A stretch of DNA of 60,094 nucleotides from Trichinella spiralis (Eukaryota), in the NCBI RefSeq assembly GCF_000181795.1, contig NW_003526941.1, positions 750,266 to 810,359 of the forward strand, given 5' to 3'. The notes beneath the pieces were generated by a model that made no database searches, was not told where the DNA came from, and worked only from the letters and a program-made list of their open reading frames with translations. Positions 27,342 to 40,129 of this stretch are shown piece after piece (position 1 is the first letter of the stretch; each line of letters starts with the position of its first letter). The translations under genes were made by a program, and so were the position numbers.

Positions 27342-27934
27342 ACGTGCCAACCGTTGTCAACAGACAAAAACGAAAACACCAACAAGTGCCTCTCATTTCT
27401 CACTCGCCGGCACAGTACCCCACTCCTACTGTAGCGTACAGGTATTGTTCCGGTTGATATTCATGTTTATTGATTGCTGTGGCGAATTGTTTTTTATTCG
27501 TTCATTTTTCATTGATCCCCACTAGGTATTTTTTTAACAATAAAATCAGGCAATTAAATTTAAATTTTGTCAAACTGACAACTGACGAAAATATGTTGCA
27601 CTCCTTTTTTCAAAAAGGACATACTTTTTTTTATTCAATTTACTCCAAACGTGTTCTGTTTTTATATTTTTTTCTATTCATTTTTCAGGATATACAATTT
27701 CAGTACGAGAAAATAATGGAAAAAAAGTAATATATCATGATTTAGTCATTTTTAGATTGAAAATTTTCTAATCAAATATTGGAAAAGTTTCTAATCAACG
27801 AAAAATGCAATGACAATATTGAAAATTTTATTTTGAAACAATGGGAAAAAAGGTGTAACTTGACTTTCTTTACTGTATTTTATCACTGTAGGTATTCACG
27901 ATTCGTCCATACGTAGAATTTTCTATTGTGCGCC

Positions 27935-30900
27935 ATGTCGAAAGTAAACAAAGTTGATGTTGTAAAAATGAACAGACAACCACTTCACGAGCGGTTCATT
28001 TTGAAATATTTACCCTATTATGACAAGCTGAAAGAGGAAGTCACTGAGCATATTGTGAAAATAAAATCTGGCCTCGCTTCTTCCTTGTTGCTGCGAGAAT
28101 GTCGTCCAGGTTTGCAGTTTTGGATTTCACAAATCGAAAGGTAACTAATCACAGAGTTTGACATTATTTTTCTGAGGGAGGGTCAATGAGTTCTCCTCTG
28201 ACACAACAAGTTTCAAAAATATTTTTCGAATTATTAACGCGCAAAAACAAGAAAACAACATTTTCCTTCTTCTTCTTCTTTTTCATTTGATCATTATTTG
28301 ACCCTAATTGACCCATTTGATGCAGAATATGGATATTTGTAAATTAAATAATTATAAGCTGAAGAGATTTACAAGTAAGAAAAGGTAGTGGTTTACTGTT
28401 ACAGTTTTTTTATTTATTGCTTTTGAAACCTTCTCTGTCGCTTAATTCTTAGTTCTTAGTCAATCTTAGTTCAGTATTGCATCGTTTTCAACTTTCCACT
28501 GCCGATTTGAATGTATACTCAACTTTCTGATCTAACTTAATTTTACAACTGCAGTCGTGTATTTTGTGTTGGTTAATTAGGGTGAGTATTTCATATCTTC
28601 ACATCTGAAAGAGTATTTTATTCGGCTTGAATTAAATTTGCAAAGCATTTAGACGGGTAAATCATTTTGCGCGCAAATGCTTGCTGCTATCACTTTTTGA
28701 GAGGAAACAAACGTGGTTATACTGTAGTTAATGATTAAAAAGTACTTTTTTGCTTGACGAAGAAGTAACAAATATTAATGTAACTTCATTCCTTTTATAT
28801 AGGGAAATGTGGTTATGTTGAAGTAAATTTTTAAAAAAATTGACAAATGTTACGGTACTTTTTTATCGTTTTTGTTTTCAGTATGATAAATGTTTATGGA
28901 TATTGCTTCACCAAAGAAGATCACATCATGTTTGTGAAGATTATTTATGAACTGCTAGCATCGCCGGACATCGACTATCCCACGGCAGAATATCTGTGTA
29001 CTGCACTTGTAGCATTGTTGAAGTAAGTGGTTTTATTTTCTCAATTTTATTGTATCAAGAAGCTTTTCATAATTGCAGGAAATGGTATTATATTTCACCT
29101 AAGGATCTGCAGCTGAATTGGAAAGTTTTGTTTGCGCTGTATGAGAGAGTAATAGCTTTAGATCTTGATGACGGATTTCAAGAAGTTGTTCCGAAGTAAG
29201 TCAAAATTTATTCATTGACTTGTCGTTTTCATTGGCAAGTTTTGACAAAACAAACAATGTATATTTTTAGAGGTTTGCCAGCTGTGTTGGCAAATGTGGT
29301 AAAACTTTGTTCGATGTATTTTTCAAAAGAAGCTACGCAAGAAATACTGAATCGATTGCGACCGTCTATAGGCTTTCTAACAGGGCAAATTAAGATGAAT
29401 ATATTTATAACGCTGTGCAATTTCTTGCCTGCCGCAATGCCTGCAAACGAAAGAGAATGTGGTTATGAGCTGTGGTTTGATGAATTGATGTACTGGTGGC
29501 AGAATATGCCCAATTCGGGTATGTGGGAGTATTATTTTGTGGAATTACTTCAACGGCTGGCCAAGAACAATGTGGGCTGCATTGATTGGAATCCGCATTT
29601 GAATTTTATTTTTAATAAAATTCTTCGGTTAGTTTTCCTTTGACTATTTTCATAATATTTTCCAAAGAATGAATTGTCAACTGTTTTGCAGGCAGTTTCG
29701 GCTTTCCGTGAAAGACACTCGTGATTCTTCCAACTTCAATCTCGGAGGTACTGTTAAAAGTTATGATCTGAAAATTATGGGAAGTTTAGTGTGCTACATG
29801 GCAACACCCAAAAATGATGTATTGAAATATTTGGAAAGACTGTTCAAAGCTGTTCAATCCTACTGTCACCCATCTAATAGTGGAAAGTAAGTTATCAGTT
29901 TTTTCTAAATCGTCGTCGTGTAAGATTTGTTAACAAAAATATTCTAAAACAATATTGAAAAACAGTAAACAATTAAATGTATTAAATGTGCTGTAATACA
30001 TTTTATTTTTAAAAAGTATCGCAAAAAATTTAGAGATCATTTCTTTTTTTTATAATGAACTGAATTGGAATGTGGAAAAAATTCGCTTATCTAACGCGTG
30101 TGGTGAATTTTTAGATGGCAGAATGCGATATTCAGTTTCATCGAAGCGCTTTGCTTGAACATTTGCGAAAGATTGAACAGAGAACGTAGCCCACGGAAAG
30201 GTTGGCTTGCTACCATTCCTGATGACTGCCAGCTTGACGATCAAGTTAGCATTTTAATTTTATTTTAAAATTATTATATGCATATTTATATTTTGAAAAT
30301 TCACTAAATGTTCTGCAGTATGTATCGAAATTGGTGAGTTCAATTCTTCCTTGCGTTCAAGCGGGAATGTTCGGCAAAGGATCGTCGGCCATTGTTGCTT
30401 CATGCTTCCACTATTTATCGCGGATGGATCCGGCAGCAGTTGTTCCCATAGTGTTGGATAGGTTTGTTCGTTTTCTATTGTTTCAGTTGTTTGGTGCATC
30501 ATTTGCTGAATCTGTGGTCGTATAATTTGCAGTTGCGAGTCGTCATTGCTTTCCATTACCGAGCCGCATCGAATGCAGCAGTCGTTGGCAAGCATGATAT
30601 CGGTTGGTTTGCCTTTGTTGCGTTTGGCCAGGCATGATGCTAATGGTCTCAGGCTGATACCGTTTCTGAAGTCTTTGCAGTCAACAATCGATGTGTTTGA
30701 TTTTTCAAAAATATCCACCATCTTGGAAACATTGTCATATTTTTTCCAACTCTTGCCATTGGTCGACAACTGCGACACTCCACTTTTTGTCGATAATTTG
30801 AATGACGTGAGAGAAGGGAGAATTGTATTTTTGAAGCGTTGAAGAAAAAAAATGTGAAATTTTGATAATTTTCAGATTGAAAAAGAGCTATGCGCCGGTA

Positions 30901-33900
30901 CTGCTTTGTTTGAGGATATTGTTGATGGTTTTGTTGATTGGTATGTATTTTCAATAGAATTTTATTCTTATTTATTATTCCAGTGAAATTATTGTTATTT
31001 TAAAAATTGTTTCAGGTTGCTTTATGCACTGACAAGCTACGGAAACAACGTGAGCAATGGCAATAGTAATGCGCCTGACGATTGTCCTGAGGCGAACGTT
31101 TACAAAGAAGCTGTTTCGGCGGTAGGCCGTTTTTTATTAGCCAACAGCAGCGACACGGTAGTCAAGGTTTGTTGAAAACTGTTATTAATTGTTGAAATAT
31201 GATGATCAAGCAAGTAAAATAATTTCCCAATATATATTTTTTTTCTGTACGAATAGAATGCGATGGAAAATATTTTACGCTTTGCCGAAGAAAACGAATT
31301 CGAATCCGGTATGGCAATGGTATACATTGCTGAACTGTGTTGTTATGCTTGCGAAGTAAGCGTGTAATTTTTTTTTTAAAATGCTATTCGCTTTGTTCTC
31401 GCTTAAGAGATTATGTTGCATTTTGTAGGCGAATTTTGATTACTGTTTCAAGCGCATTTGGAATTTGTACTTTGGTAGATTGAAATCGATGATCACTGGT
31501 AAATTTTGTAGTTTTATTTTATTTTGTTTTCAATTCTGTTTTTTGTCTTGTAGAAGAAACGAAAAACGAAGAAGAAGTTCACTTTTTAATAATTAACAAT
31601 ATAATGGCTCTAGATCAGGTAAGTGTATGGCTTGAAGCGTGTAAAATTGTGAAAAGCTCTTCTAGCTTGCTTGTGCAATTGTTTGTTTATTGTTAAATTA
31701 AAATTTGTTTCAGTTTTTACGATTTCAAGGCAAATCTATTGTTGAATTTGTTGACGACATGCTTGAATTGTTTGATTTGCTGTTGCCGTTGCAAGCGCCC
31801 ACTGCTGTTAATTGTTATTCCGTTATCGTGGAAACTGTACTGATGCAGCTGACCGAAGTGAAATTGGACGATGCGGAGAGGAACAAAGAGGCGTTGAATC
31901 AATCTGTCGATCGTTTCATAGCTATACGGGTGATATTATTATTATTATTATTATTTTGAAATTAATAATAATAATAATAATTTTTTTCTGATTATTTCAG
32001 AAATGGGGTGAACAATTTGATAGTAAAAATTTCAAAATGACGTGGAAATTTCCTGGTCAAGCTGAAGTGGATGCGGTGAGTCGGATTTTCGAGAAGATTC
32101 TTTATCCGCAGTTACGTTTATTGGAACAGCCGGAAAAGTTGACAAAGTAAAATGACGCTTTCTGATCTCTTTATTGATTGAAGAAAGTGGAAATCAAACA
32201 ATTCAGAAATCAAATTGTCAAATGCTTGAATTTGACGAGGCATTGTATCAGCGGTGCGTCGGTTGTTTTGCCTTTCATGGAGGGAAAGTTGATTCATGTG
32301 ACCAGTTCCAAAGTTCCGAGGGATGTTATCGCGAACCATTCTATATACGACTGCTATCCTAGTATGATTATCGGCGGACGTTGAAAAGTGTACTGTTTGT
32401 GCTTTTTTCTTTGCTTTTTAAGCGCTCGACTGTGACGGCAAGAACATTCGCAACATGGTCAAAGATACAGTGAACAATCTGCTCGACTACATGTTGGCCA
32501 ATCGAGAACACGAGACTGCCGTGCTTGAAGAAATCTGCTGGATTTATCAAGATCTTCTGATGTCGCGTGGATGCAGTATGGTGCGTTTTTCCGATTTTTC
32601 TTTTCTTAGACACAATTTAGATAGAAATTTATTCGAAAAGCCAACCAAACACTCTCACGTTTGAATGGTTTTATTCAAAATAGTGGAAAATCAAATTTTG
32701 CAATTGATAATTTTACATTTTCAGAGGCAAACTTTTGCTACTGATGATGATGATGATGTTGTTGGTGGTGATTTAGGAGAACTGTTCCGTGTTGGAAGAA
32801 GAATTGACGAGTTTGAGTAAAAAGATGAGCGATGAAGTAAAAGGCAGGAATGGAATGACAAAAATTTTGTTTGCTTTCAAAGTTAAACTATTTCACCAGG
32901 TATATATCTTTATGATTATTATTACTATTATTGTACTTTTGCATCAGTTGTTGTTGTTGTTGTAATGTTATTTTGAAGAAACGCTTGGTATGTGACTGCG
33001 AGATGGTGCACAACGAAAGTCATACGGAAGTGTTTTCCAAATTGTTCAAACTGCTCACCAGCCCTTATGACGAAGTAAGATGGATTATTTGTGGTGATCA
33101 TTATTATTATTATCATTATTACGTATATATTTAATACTTTGTACATTTTGCCAATTTAGATCCGTGAATATGCCCGTGGGGTGTTCAATAATTGTTTTGA
33201 AACGTTTCCATTTTCTTCGAAATTTGTTTTCGACATGTTGCTCGACACTATTGCCGAATATAATAGCGATAGTAACGACGTTGCGTCAAGAGCGCGATTT
33301 AAAGTGATCATAATTTTGTTTTATTAACTTTTGCTGAATTTTATGCAGCACATTGTTCTCATTTATTTATTTATTTATTTGATTTTGCTTTTCTCTCTCA
33401 GGGTGCAATGCGATTGCTGCACGACTGTAACGAGATTATCAGTTTCTATGATTCGATTTGGCAAGCAACGTACAAACTTTGGATGTCAATGGCTCGTTGC
33501 CCATTTCCCAGGGAACCGCTTGAAATTGCTATGTTTATAAAAATGGGAAAGCAGATACAGAGTTGTTTTCAAGTTTATTCCATAAAATTTACCGTGAGAA
33601 TTCTACATCTTTTTCTCTTCCTCCGCCCGTGTGTTGTTTCATCTATGAGTTGATAATTTTCGAATGTGCTTTGTTTTGAACGATAGATGCCTGAAGAGGT
33701 TGTCAAAATGGGGCATTTACTTTGTGAAGATTTTCACATGCCTTGTTACATTACGGAGGCAGACATTGAAGAAGCTGTGGTTCAAGAACGTCAAAGGAAT
33801 GAAAATAATGAACAGTAACTGCTGATGATTTTATCATTTAAAAAAAGAAAATTTTCCCCCTCAACATGATAATTTGTTTCAGAACATACAAGCAGTTGAT

Positions 33901-36791
33901 TTGTAAGCTTGTCGATATTGTGGAGGAGCAAAAATTGTAATTGTTTTACTTTTTTTGCATCATTTTTGTTGTTTGAAATATTTTTTTCTCAAATTGAAAC
34001 AGGCCTTGGCCACAGGAATGCATTGTACTCAAGTTTCTTATTTTGCAATTGCACAAGGAAGTCGAGTATCCGTATCGTGCTGTCCAACTGTTCGTTAAGC
34101 AGCTTCACTCGGATCATATCCAAATTCGTCGAGTGAGTGCACGATTGGAACTTCGATCACAATTATTCGATTGTTCATTCCCATTTCAAATTTCTTATCC
34201 TCCATTATTTGCAGATGGCGATAAAATTTTTCTCCAGATATATGGTCTTGCAAAAGCCCAAAATGAGAAAAGTCCCTTTGAAAATTCCAAACGAATCGCC
34301 ACTTTATGCGGATCAAGTGAAATGGCCTCATCGATGGGGAATTCGCGCCGACAACGCGTTTTGCATTTACGACAAAAATAAACTGCCCAAAACTGCTCAA
34401 GAATGGAACGAGGCGACATTTGCGGAAAAACTCCACTGCGGATTCTACTGTTGGTCCAGGTAATATATGATGATAATTATATGAATTGTAAAGATTAGTT
34501 TTTTTTGTATTTTATTATTTGCCTTTTTTAAAAAAAAATTTTGTTTCGTTCTTTTCAGGGAGTGCACAGCAGACGCACCGTTGTCTGCGCAGCCCGCGGT
34601 CGACCGGCCCTTGTGTGAAATGAAGGACAGCGAAGTTGGCCTTTACACGGCTTTCACGGACGCTGAATTTGTGGAAAAATTTTCCATGTCGCTCACTTTG
34701 GACAGCAAAGATACGAAGCCTGTCGATATGTGCAATTGCAGATTTTTTCGCGTAATCCGAATAATAATAACTATTATTACACCTATACCGTGATGATGGA
34801 TAAAATAATGATGAATTTGTTCACTTTGTTTCAGGGTCTTTTTTTTACGTTCGGTGAATCGATTTTGACGACGTTGAAGCCAATATTGGAAAAGTTGGTC
34901 GAATCTGAACGACCCGAAAAGCAACGTCTGGCCGCGGAAATTTCCAGCGGTTTGTTGTACGGTATGCGTCTGTGGCCGTACGAGATGCAACAGCGCTGCT
35001 TGCAGTGGTTTTCCCCTATGCTCGAAGGGATTTTCGACAGTTTCGCGCCGGAAACCATGAACAATTGGCTGATTTCCATCAGCGAAGGTTTGGTCTTTTA
35101 CACTGTCGAACAGATGAGTTGGTTCGTTGAAATTGTCGTCAGGGTGATCAAGCGAGCCATCGGCACTGCCTCACAACGTTCTAAGTTAGTCTGCTTTTCA
35201 CTTCTTCTATCCCACTTTGTCGGCAGTATAATCTCGATTGGTCCTTGTTTTTTTTCGTCATCGCTGTTTCAGTTATCTCTACGTTCTTGGTTTACTGCTG
35301 TTCACACGGAATTGGCAAATGATGAACGTCTGGAACGAATTGTTGCCAGTTGTTGAATCCAAAATGGCAGATCCGTCTCCGACGGTGCAAGAAGCTTACG
35401 CGAGGTAGGCAGTATTGATTGATTCATTAAACTTGTTCCATTTGGCCCTGATCTTTTCATTTTATTCAGACTGTTGAGAATGATGTTTCACTCTGACTTG
35501 GCGGATATTACCAACGAGTTGGAGGACATTGTGATACCAAGTGCAGATTTGTTCGTCGGGCGATGTTTGGCAAGCTTGGAGAATTTGACTTTGGAAACAG
35601 AAATGTCTGCACCGGGTAATTTTTTAAACGCAAATAAATTATTTTTTTTTTGTTTTTTAAATTTACTTTTCTACTTTGGGTGAGAAATTTTCAGATGAAT
35701 TGGCAGAGGAAAATTTGCCAGAGGCTGAATTGGAGAGAAGAGAGAAACGCAATGAATCGATTTGGAAATTGCAGACGCTGCTCAGTTTTGCTTTTCCACT
35801 CGGTTGTCATTTGGAAAACATGCCAGTTCGGAAGTGCATTTTGAAATTGCTGCCTTTGTTGTGCTATTTCGAAAACGAGAGGTCCGGAGTGCGTTTGAAA
35901 GAACTCTGCCAGATAAAATTGAAATTCTGTTTATCCAAAATCATGATGACCGAAAATGAAGCAGCCTGCTTTTTGGAACAGTGTGAAATTGTGAGCTTAC
36001 TTGTTTGCTTGTTTGTTTGTTTGTTTGTTTGTTTGTTTGTTACAATGAATGTTGTTATCAACATCATTTTTATAGGTGACCAAACGCAAATGGTGGAAAG
36101 CGCGTGTTTCTATGCTGCAAGTTTTGCAGTTTTGCGCATTTTCAAATTTGTTCTCTTTCAACACTGATACCAACCGCGATCGTTTGGTTGAAATTATTTT
36201 TTCTCTGCTGCGGGACGATCAGCTGGAGGTGAGAAAGGCGGCATCGAATTCGCTTTCTTCATTGCTTCACTGCAGTTTTATTCAACCCACTGGAGAATTG
36301 ACGGTAAGTGGGCATCATCAAAAAATAGACGAAATAATTCAGAAACGACGATATTCACTAGTATTTGTGTTTTGTTGTCTGATCGATCAACCCCGATCGA
36401 ACCATTTATAAATGATGTAGCTTATTGAAATTATAATTTAAGCATAACGTATAAAGTCAAAAAAAAAATTTTTTTTGTATGGCTTCAGGCATGTTTCACA
36501 GATTGGTGTCAGTCTGCAGAAGTTGAAGTTCGTCATGCTGGAATATTGGGACTTTCGGCAATTGTTTCTTCACATCCGTATGCGGTTCCAAATTATTTGC
36601 CGGATATTTTGATGCAACTGTGCCGCTATGTCAATGATTCGGCTCACATCGTTCGAACTAGCGTTAAAGAGACGCTGTCAGAGTTCAAACGAACTCACGT
36701 CGACAGTTGGCGTGAACATCAGCTTCAATTCACCGACGAACAGCTTTCCGTTTTGACTGGACTGTTTTTATCACCAAGTTATTACGTTTGA
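27935..36791 (+). CDS. PSME4: Proteasome activator subunit 4 (PA200/Blm10), many exons
   Basis: KYLPYY near the N-terminus, GYELWFDELM, NNVGCIDWNPHL, SYCHPSNSG, ITEPHR, WGIRADN, DDQLEVRKAA, RHAGILGLSAIVSSHPYAVP, KETLSEFKRTHVDSWREH and C-terminal LSPSYYV (HbYX). Confidence 0.95.
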
Positions 36792-38170
36792 TATTTTACT
36801 ACATGCAAATTAATCTTGCGTCAGTGAGCAAAATTTTCCTCGTCTCATCGTCATTATAATCTGCAACTTTTCTTTCACAATATTTGCACGGAAATATGTA
36901 TTCTTAATTTATAAGGCGACAGTGCACTCCCACGAAAATATAACATATATACTTCTTTCTACCAATTTTGTTTATCATTCTCTCTTTGTAGCGTATCACT
37001 TATAATTGTCGATTATGTTCGCACACTTGCAGGATTGATGTGTATACAACATTTAATAATGTACAAATTTTAAATGGAAATGACTTTTTTTACATATTTT
37101 TCCTGAAAATTTGCATCAGCAGCTATTGAAATGAAGAAGTAGCCGGAGGATTATGCTACGCGACTTTGTAATACTAATTTTGTATGAAATATGAGCTGTT
37201 GTTACGTGCTTTTCACCTCCAATACAGTATGAAATGGTACAGCATCGGAGTCGTGTAAAACATGCTTGGTGCATTTTTACTTGTTCGTTGTTATTACTTT
37301 ATCACTTTTTACGAGATCAACGTTACATGTTGACAGTTTTTCCAGTTAATCTAAACTATTGTATACTGAATTTTACAGCGAATGATAAGTACATTCTTTG
37401 CAAGTATGAATAAAGCAATAGACAAGCATGTGTATTTATGATTAGCCGAGCCGTTTGGAATTTGTGGGAACGTTGCTGATTAACTGATGGTCAATCGGAA
37501 ATGGAAAAGCGTTGCTTGGACAAGCGAACAGACGGTGAGTGTTGTTCTTTGAATTGCATTCAGTTGAGTGAAGGAATTTCTTAATTATCAAAAGTGTAGC
37601 TTATTGAAAATGATGATTTTTACTTCTGTGGCCAGTTTCGTCAAACAATTGAAAAATTCAGATGCAGGTAAACTTTAAAAGTCTATTTTAAAATTTTGCA
37701 GTTTCCCACAAGCGATGATAGTATTTCTTTGCTTGCGTTCAGTGAGTTCCATTTTTTATTGCCAATTTAGGTTAGATATGGTTCATTATGCAAATTATCA
37801 TCAATAATAGCCGTCTTGTTTGTTGACTTTGCTGATTTAAGAATGTGTAATTGCATTTTGCTCACTTTATTCTCATATGGTAATCTTGTTTGGCCAAGTT
37901 AATTGACGCGATTTAAACACAACGACAATGAACATGAGTAGCAGAGACAGACAGTTCGAGCGTTCGAGTTCGAGATATGAGTCTTTTCGAATGTATTTTT
38001 GATTTAATTTTGGCTTATATGTATATCTGGAGATCTGATATCGCACGTCGAGTTTGTAGGTCTTTTAGAATCTGCATTTCAATCAAGAAAAAATTTTTTA
38101 AACATATGTACCTGAATTTTCTTCAACAAATCTACAGTATACCAACACTGACTAAAATTTCTCGTCTGAA

Positions 38171-40129
38171 ATGGGAGTAACTGGCTTGACATCATTTTTT
38201 CAAGACGAGAGAGGATGTTTTTTTACGCCGTATGTTCTGAAATCAACTCGTATTGTTGTAGATGGGTTGGCATTTGCACATCAAATATTTTTGCATTTTG
38301 GCATTGACAGCGCTTGCGGTGGCGATTATGTTGCTTTCGAAAAGTCATGCCGTATTTGTTTGGGTGTTCTGAAACAGTCGGATATTTCTCCTGTATTTTT
38401 CATGGACGGAAAGATTGACGAAGTTCGATACAAAAGGCGCACTACTATTTTACGCCAGCAATCTCGAATGAATCTGGCAAGGCAAATGTCCGAGCAGCCG
38501 TCCTCGAAATTGCTACTTCCTCCACTGGCATGCGATTTGCTGCATCGAATTCTGACAGAACACAATATTACAGTTTATTACTGCGCCGGCGAAGCTGACG
38601 CGTTCATTGCAGCTTATGCGAATCACCACAACTATCCAGTTCTATCTTCAGATAGTGATTTTTTCATTTTTCCTCTCCGCGCCGGCTATATACCACTTCC
38701 ATCAGTCGAATGGGAATCTTGCAACGGTGTGTTGAAATGTTCTTTGTATCAATTTGCTCACTGCGAAGCCCATTTTCCGAATCTGAAACCCGAAGTGATG
38801 CCTCTGTTTGCCGTTCTTTCTGGGAATGACTTCGTCCGAGGTGATCTGTTCCGTTCGTTTTACAATCAAATTTCCAAGCCGGTGGTGATGAATGGAAAAG
38901 AGGTTTGCAAAACCCGCCAACATCGCAACATGAACGGTCTTTTGAATTGGCTTCGAGGTAAAAGTTTTGCCCAAGCAGTTGAAGGTGTGCTGAGCTATGT
39001 GAAGAAATCGTCCGTGCGTTCGCTGCGCGAGATTATTCTGTCCGGCGCCAACTTTTACCAGAACACCAGACTTATGGGCAACTGTGAAGATCCAACACGC
39101 TTGACAAGACGGCAGCTGAAGAACTTGCCCGATTGGCTAGTGGAGCTATACTGCGCCGGCCGGATGCCATGTCCGATTGTAATTGCCATTCGTTGCAATC
39201 AGACATTAATACTACCAACGTTTGTCGAAGACTTTACCAAGCCGACCATTTATGACAGTTCGACCAGGTTAAGGGAAGCGTTGTATGGAATAATTTTGAA
39301 AGATACAGGAAAACTTCAAGTTAAAGAGTACGTGAGATTGAACCAAGCGTTCCGCTTTCGTGTGATTTCTGTATCTTCGGAATGGTGCAGTCTTTCTGAT
39401 ATCGGCAATATGACTAGTTCAGAGCTGAGAGCTCAGTTTCTTCGTATTGTCGACTGCGATGAAGCGGAAATAATCAGCTTGTCCGAAAATTTGCAACTGT
39501 ATTTTCTATCTCTTCGTTATTGGTCACTGTCTGCGGCTGAGTTTGCCAGCAAGAACATTCTGATTGCATTCATCGCAGTTGCTTATTGCTTATTTTCTGT
39601 ATCCGCCCCCGGACAAGGTTTCCCGAAACCATTCCGCCTGCTGAACGCAATTCCCGTGTTGGATACTCGAATGAAAAGCAAACTTTTCCTACAGATTACG
39701 CACAGTGTGAACATCTGGCAAGCCAGTTTGACAGCGATGACGTGGCTCAATTATGTGTTGAGAGAACCGTTCAAATGGCCAAAAATTAGTACTCTTTTCT
39801 CTGGAAGAATGCTAATCAATTTGGCTTGTGAACTTTCGCGCGATGTGAAACCGATGAATTTGCTTGAGAAAAAATATTTCGCCAGTGCCGCAAACAGTTT
39901 TGCATCTTTCCTGGAATTTTGTAAACCATTCCAAAATATTATTGACCAAGCCCCGCTCAGCGCTACTGCAAAGCCCAAGAAACGACGTCGGCCAAAGCAG
40001 AAGAGTTCAACAAAAAGTGCCGAAAAAAGCCCTGTAACTGGTCAATCCACATCATCATCAGAATGGGCTGATGTCGACGAAGAAAACAGATTTTCAAAAT
40101 TGCTCAATAATAATTTGAAAATTTCCTGA
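38171..40129 (+). CDS. ASTE1: Protein asteroid homolog 1 (XPG/PIN-like structure-specific nuclease), intronless, 652 aa
   Basis: MGVTGLTSFF, VVDG, GGDY, VFFMDG, GEADAFIA, PVLSSDSDFFIF, LSGNDF; family-typical length and C-terminal PFKWPKISTLFSG. Confidence 0.9.
   Translation: MGVTGLTSFFQDERGCFFTPYVLKSTRIVVDGLAFAHQIFLHFGIDSACGGDYVAFEKSCRICLGVLKQSDISPVFFMDGKIDEVRYKRRTTILRQQSRMNLARQMSEQPSSKLLLPPLACDLLHRILTEHNITVYYCAGEADAFIAAYANHHNYPVLSSDSDFFIFPLRAGYIPLPSVEWESCNGVLKCSLYQFAHCEAHFPNLKPEVMPLFAVLSGNDFVRGDLFRSFYNQISKPVVMNGKEVCKTRQHRNMNGLLNWLRGKSFAQAVEGVLSYVKKSSVRSLREIILSGANFYQNTRLMGNCEDPTRLTRRQLKNLPDWLVELYCAGRMPCPIVIAIRCNQTLILPTFVEDFTKPTIYDSSTRLREALYGIILKDTGKLQVKEYVRLNQAFRFRVISVSSEWCSLSDIGNMTSSELRAQFLRIVDCDEAEIISLSENLQLYFLSLRYWSLSAAEFASKNILIAFIAVAYCLFSVSAPGQGFPKPFRLLNAIPVLDTRMKSKLFLQITHSVNIWQASLTAMTWLNYVLREPFKWPKISTLFSGRMLINLACELSRDVKPMNLLEKKYFASAANSFASFLEFCKPFQNIIDQAPLSATAKPKKRRRPKQKSSTKSAEKSPVTGQSTSSSEWADVDEENRFSKLLNNNLKIS

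Noticed and set aside
26147..27396. Antisense and alternate-frame ORFs (e.g. 303 aa at 26190-27101)
   Set aside because: Expected shadow ORFs of a GC-rich coding sequence.
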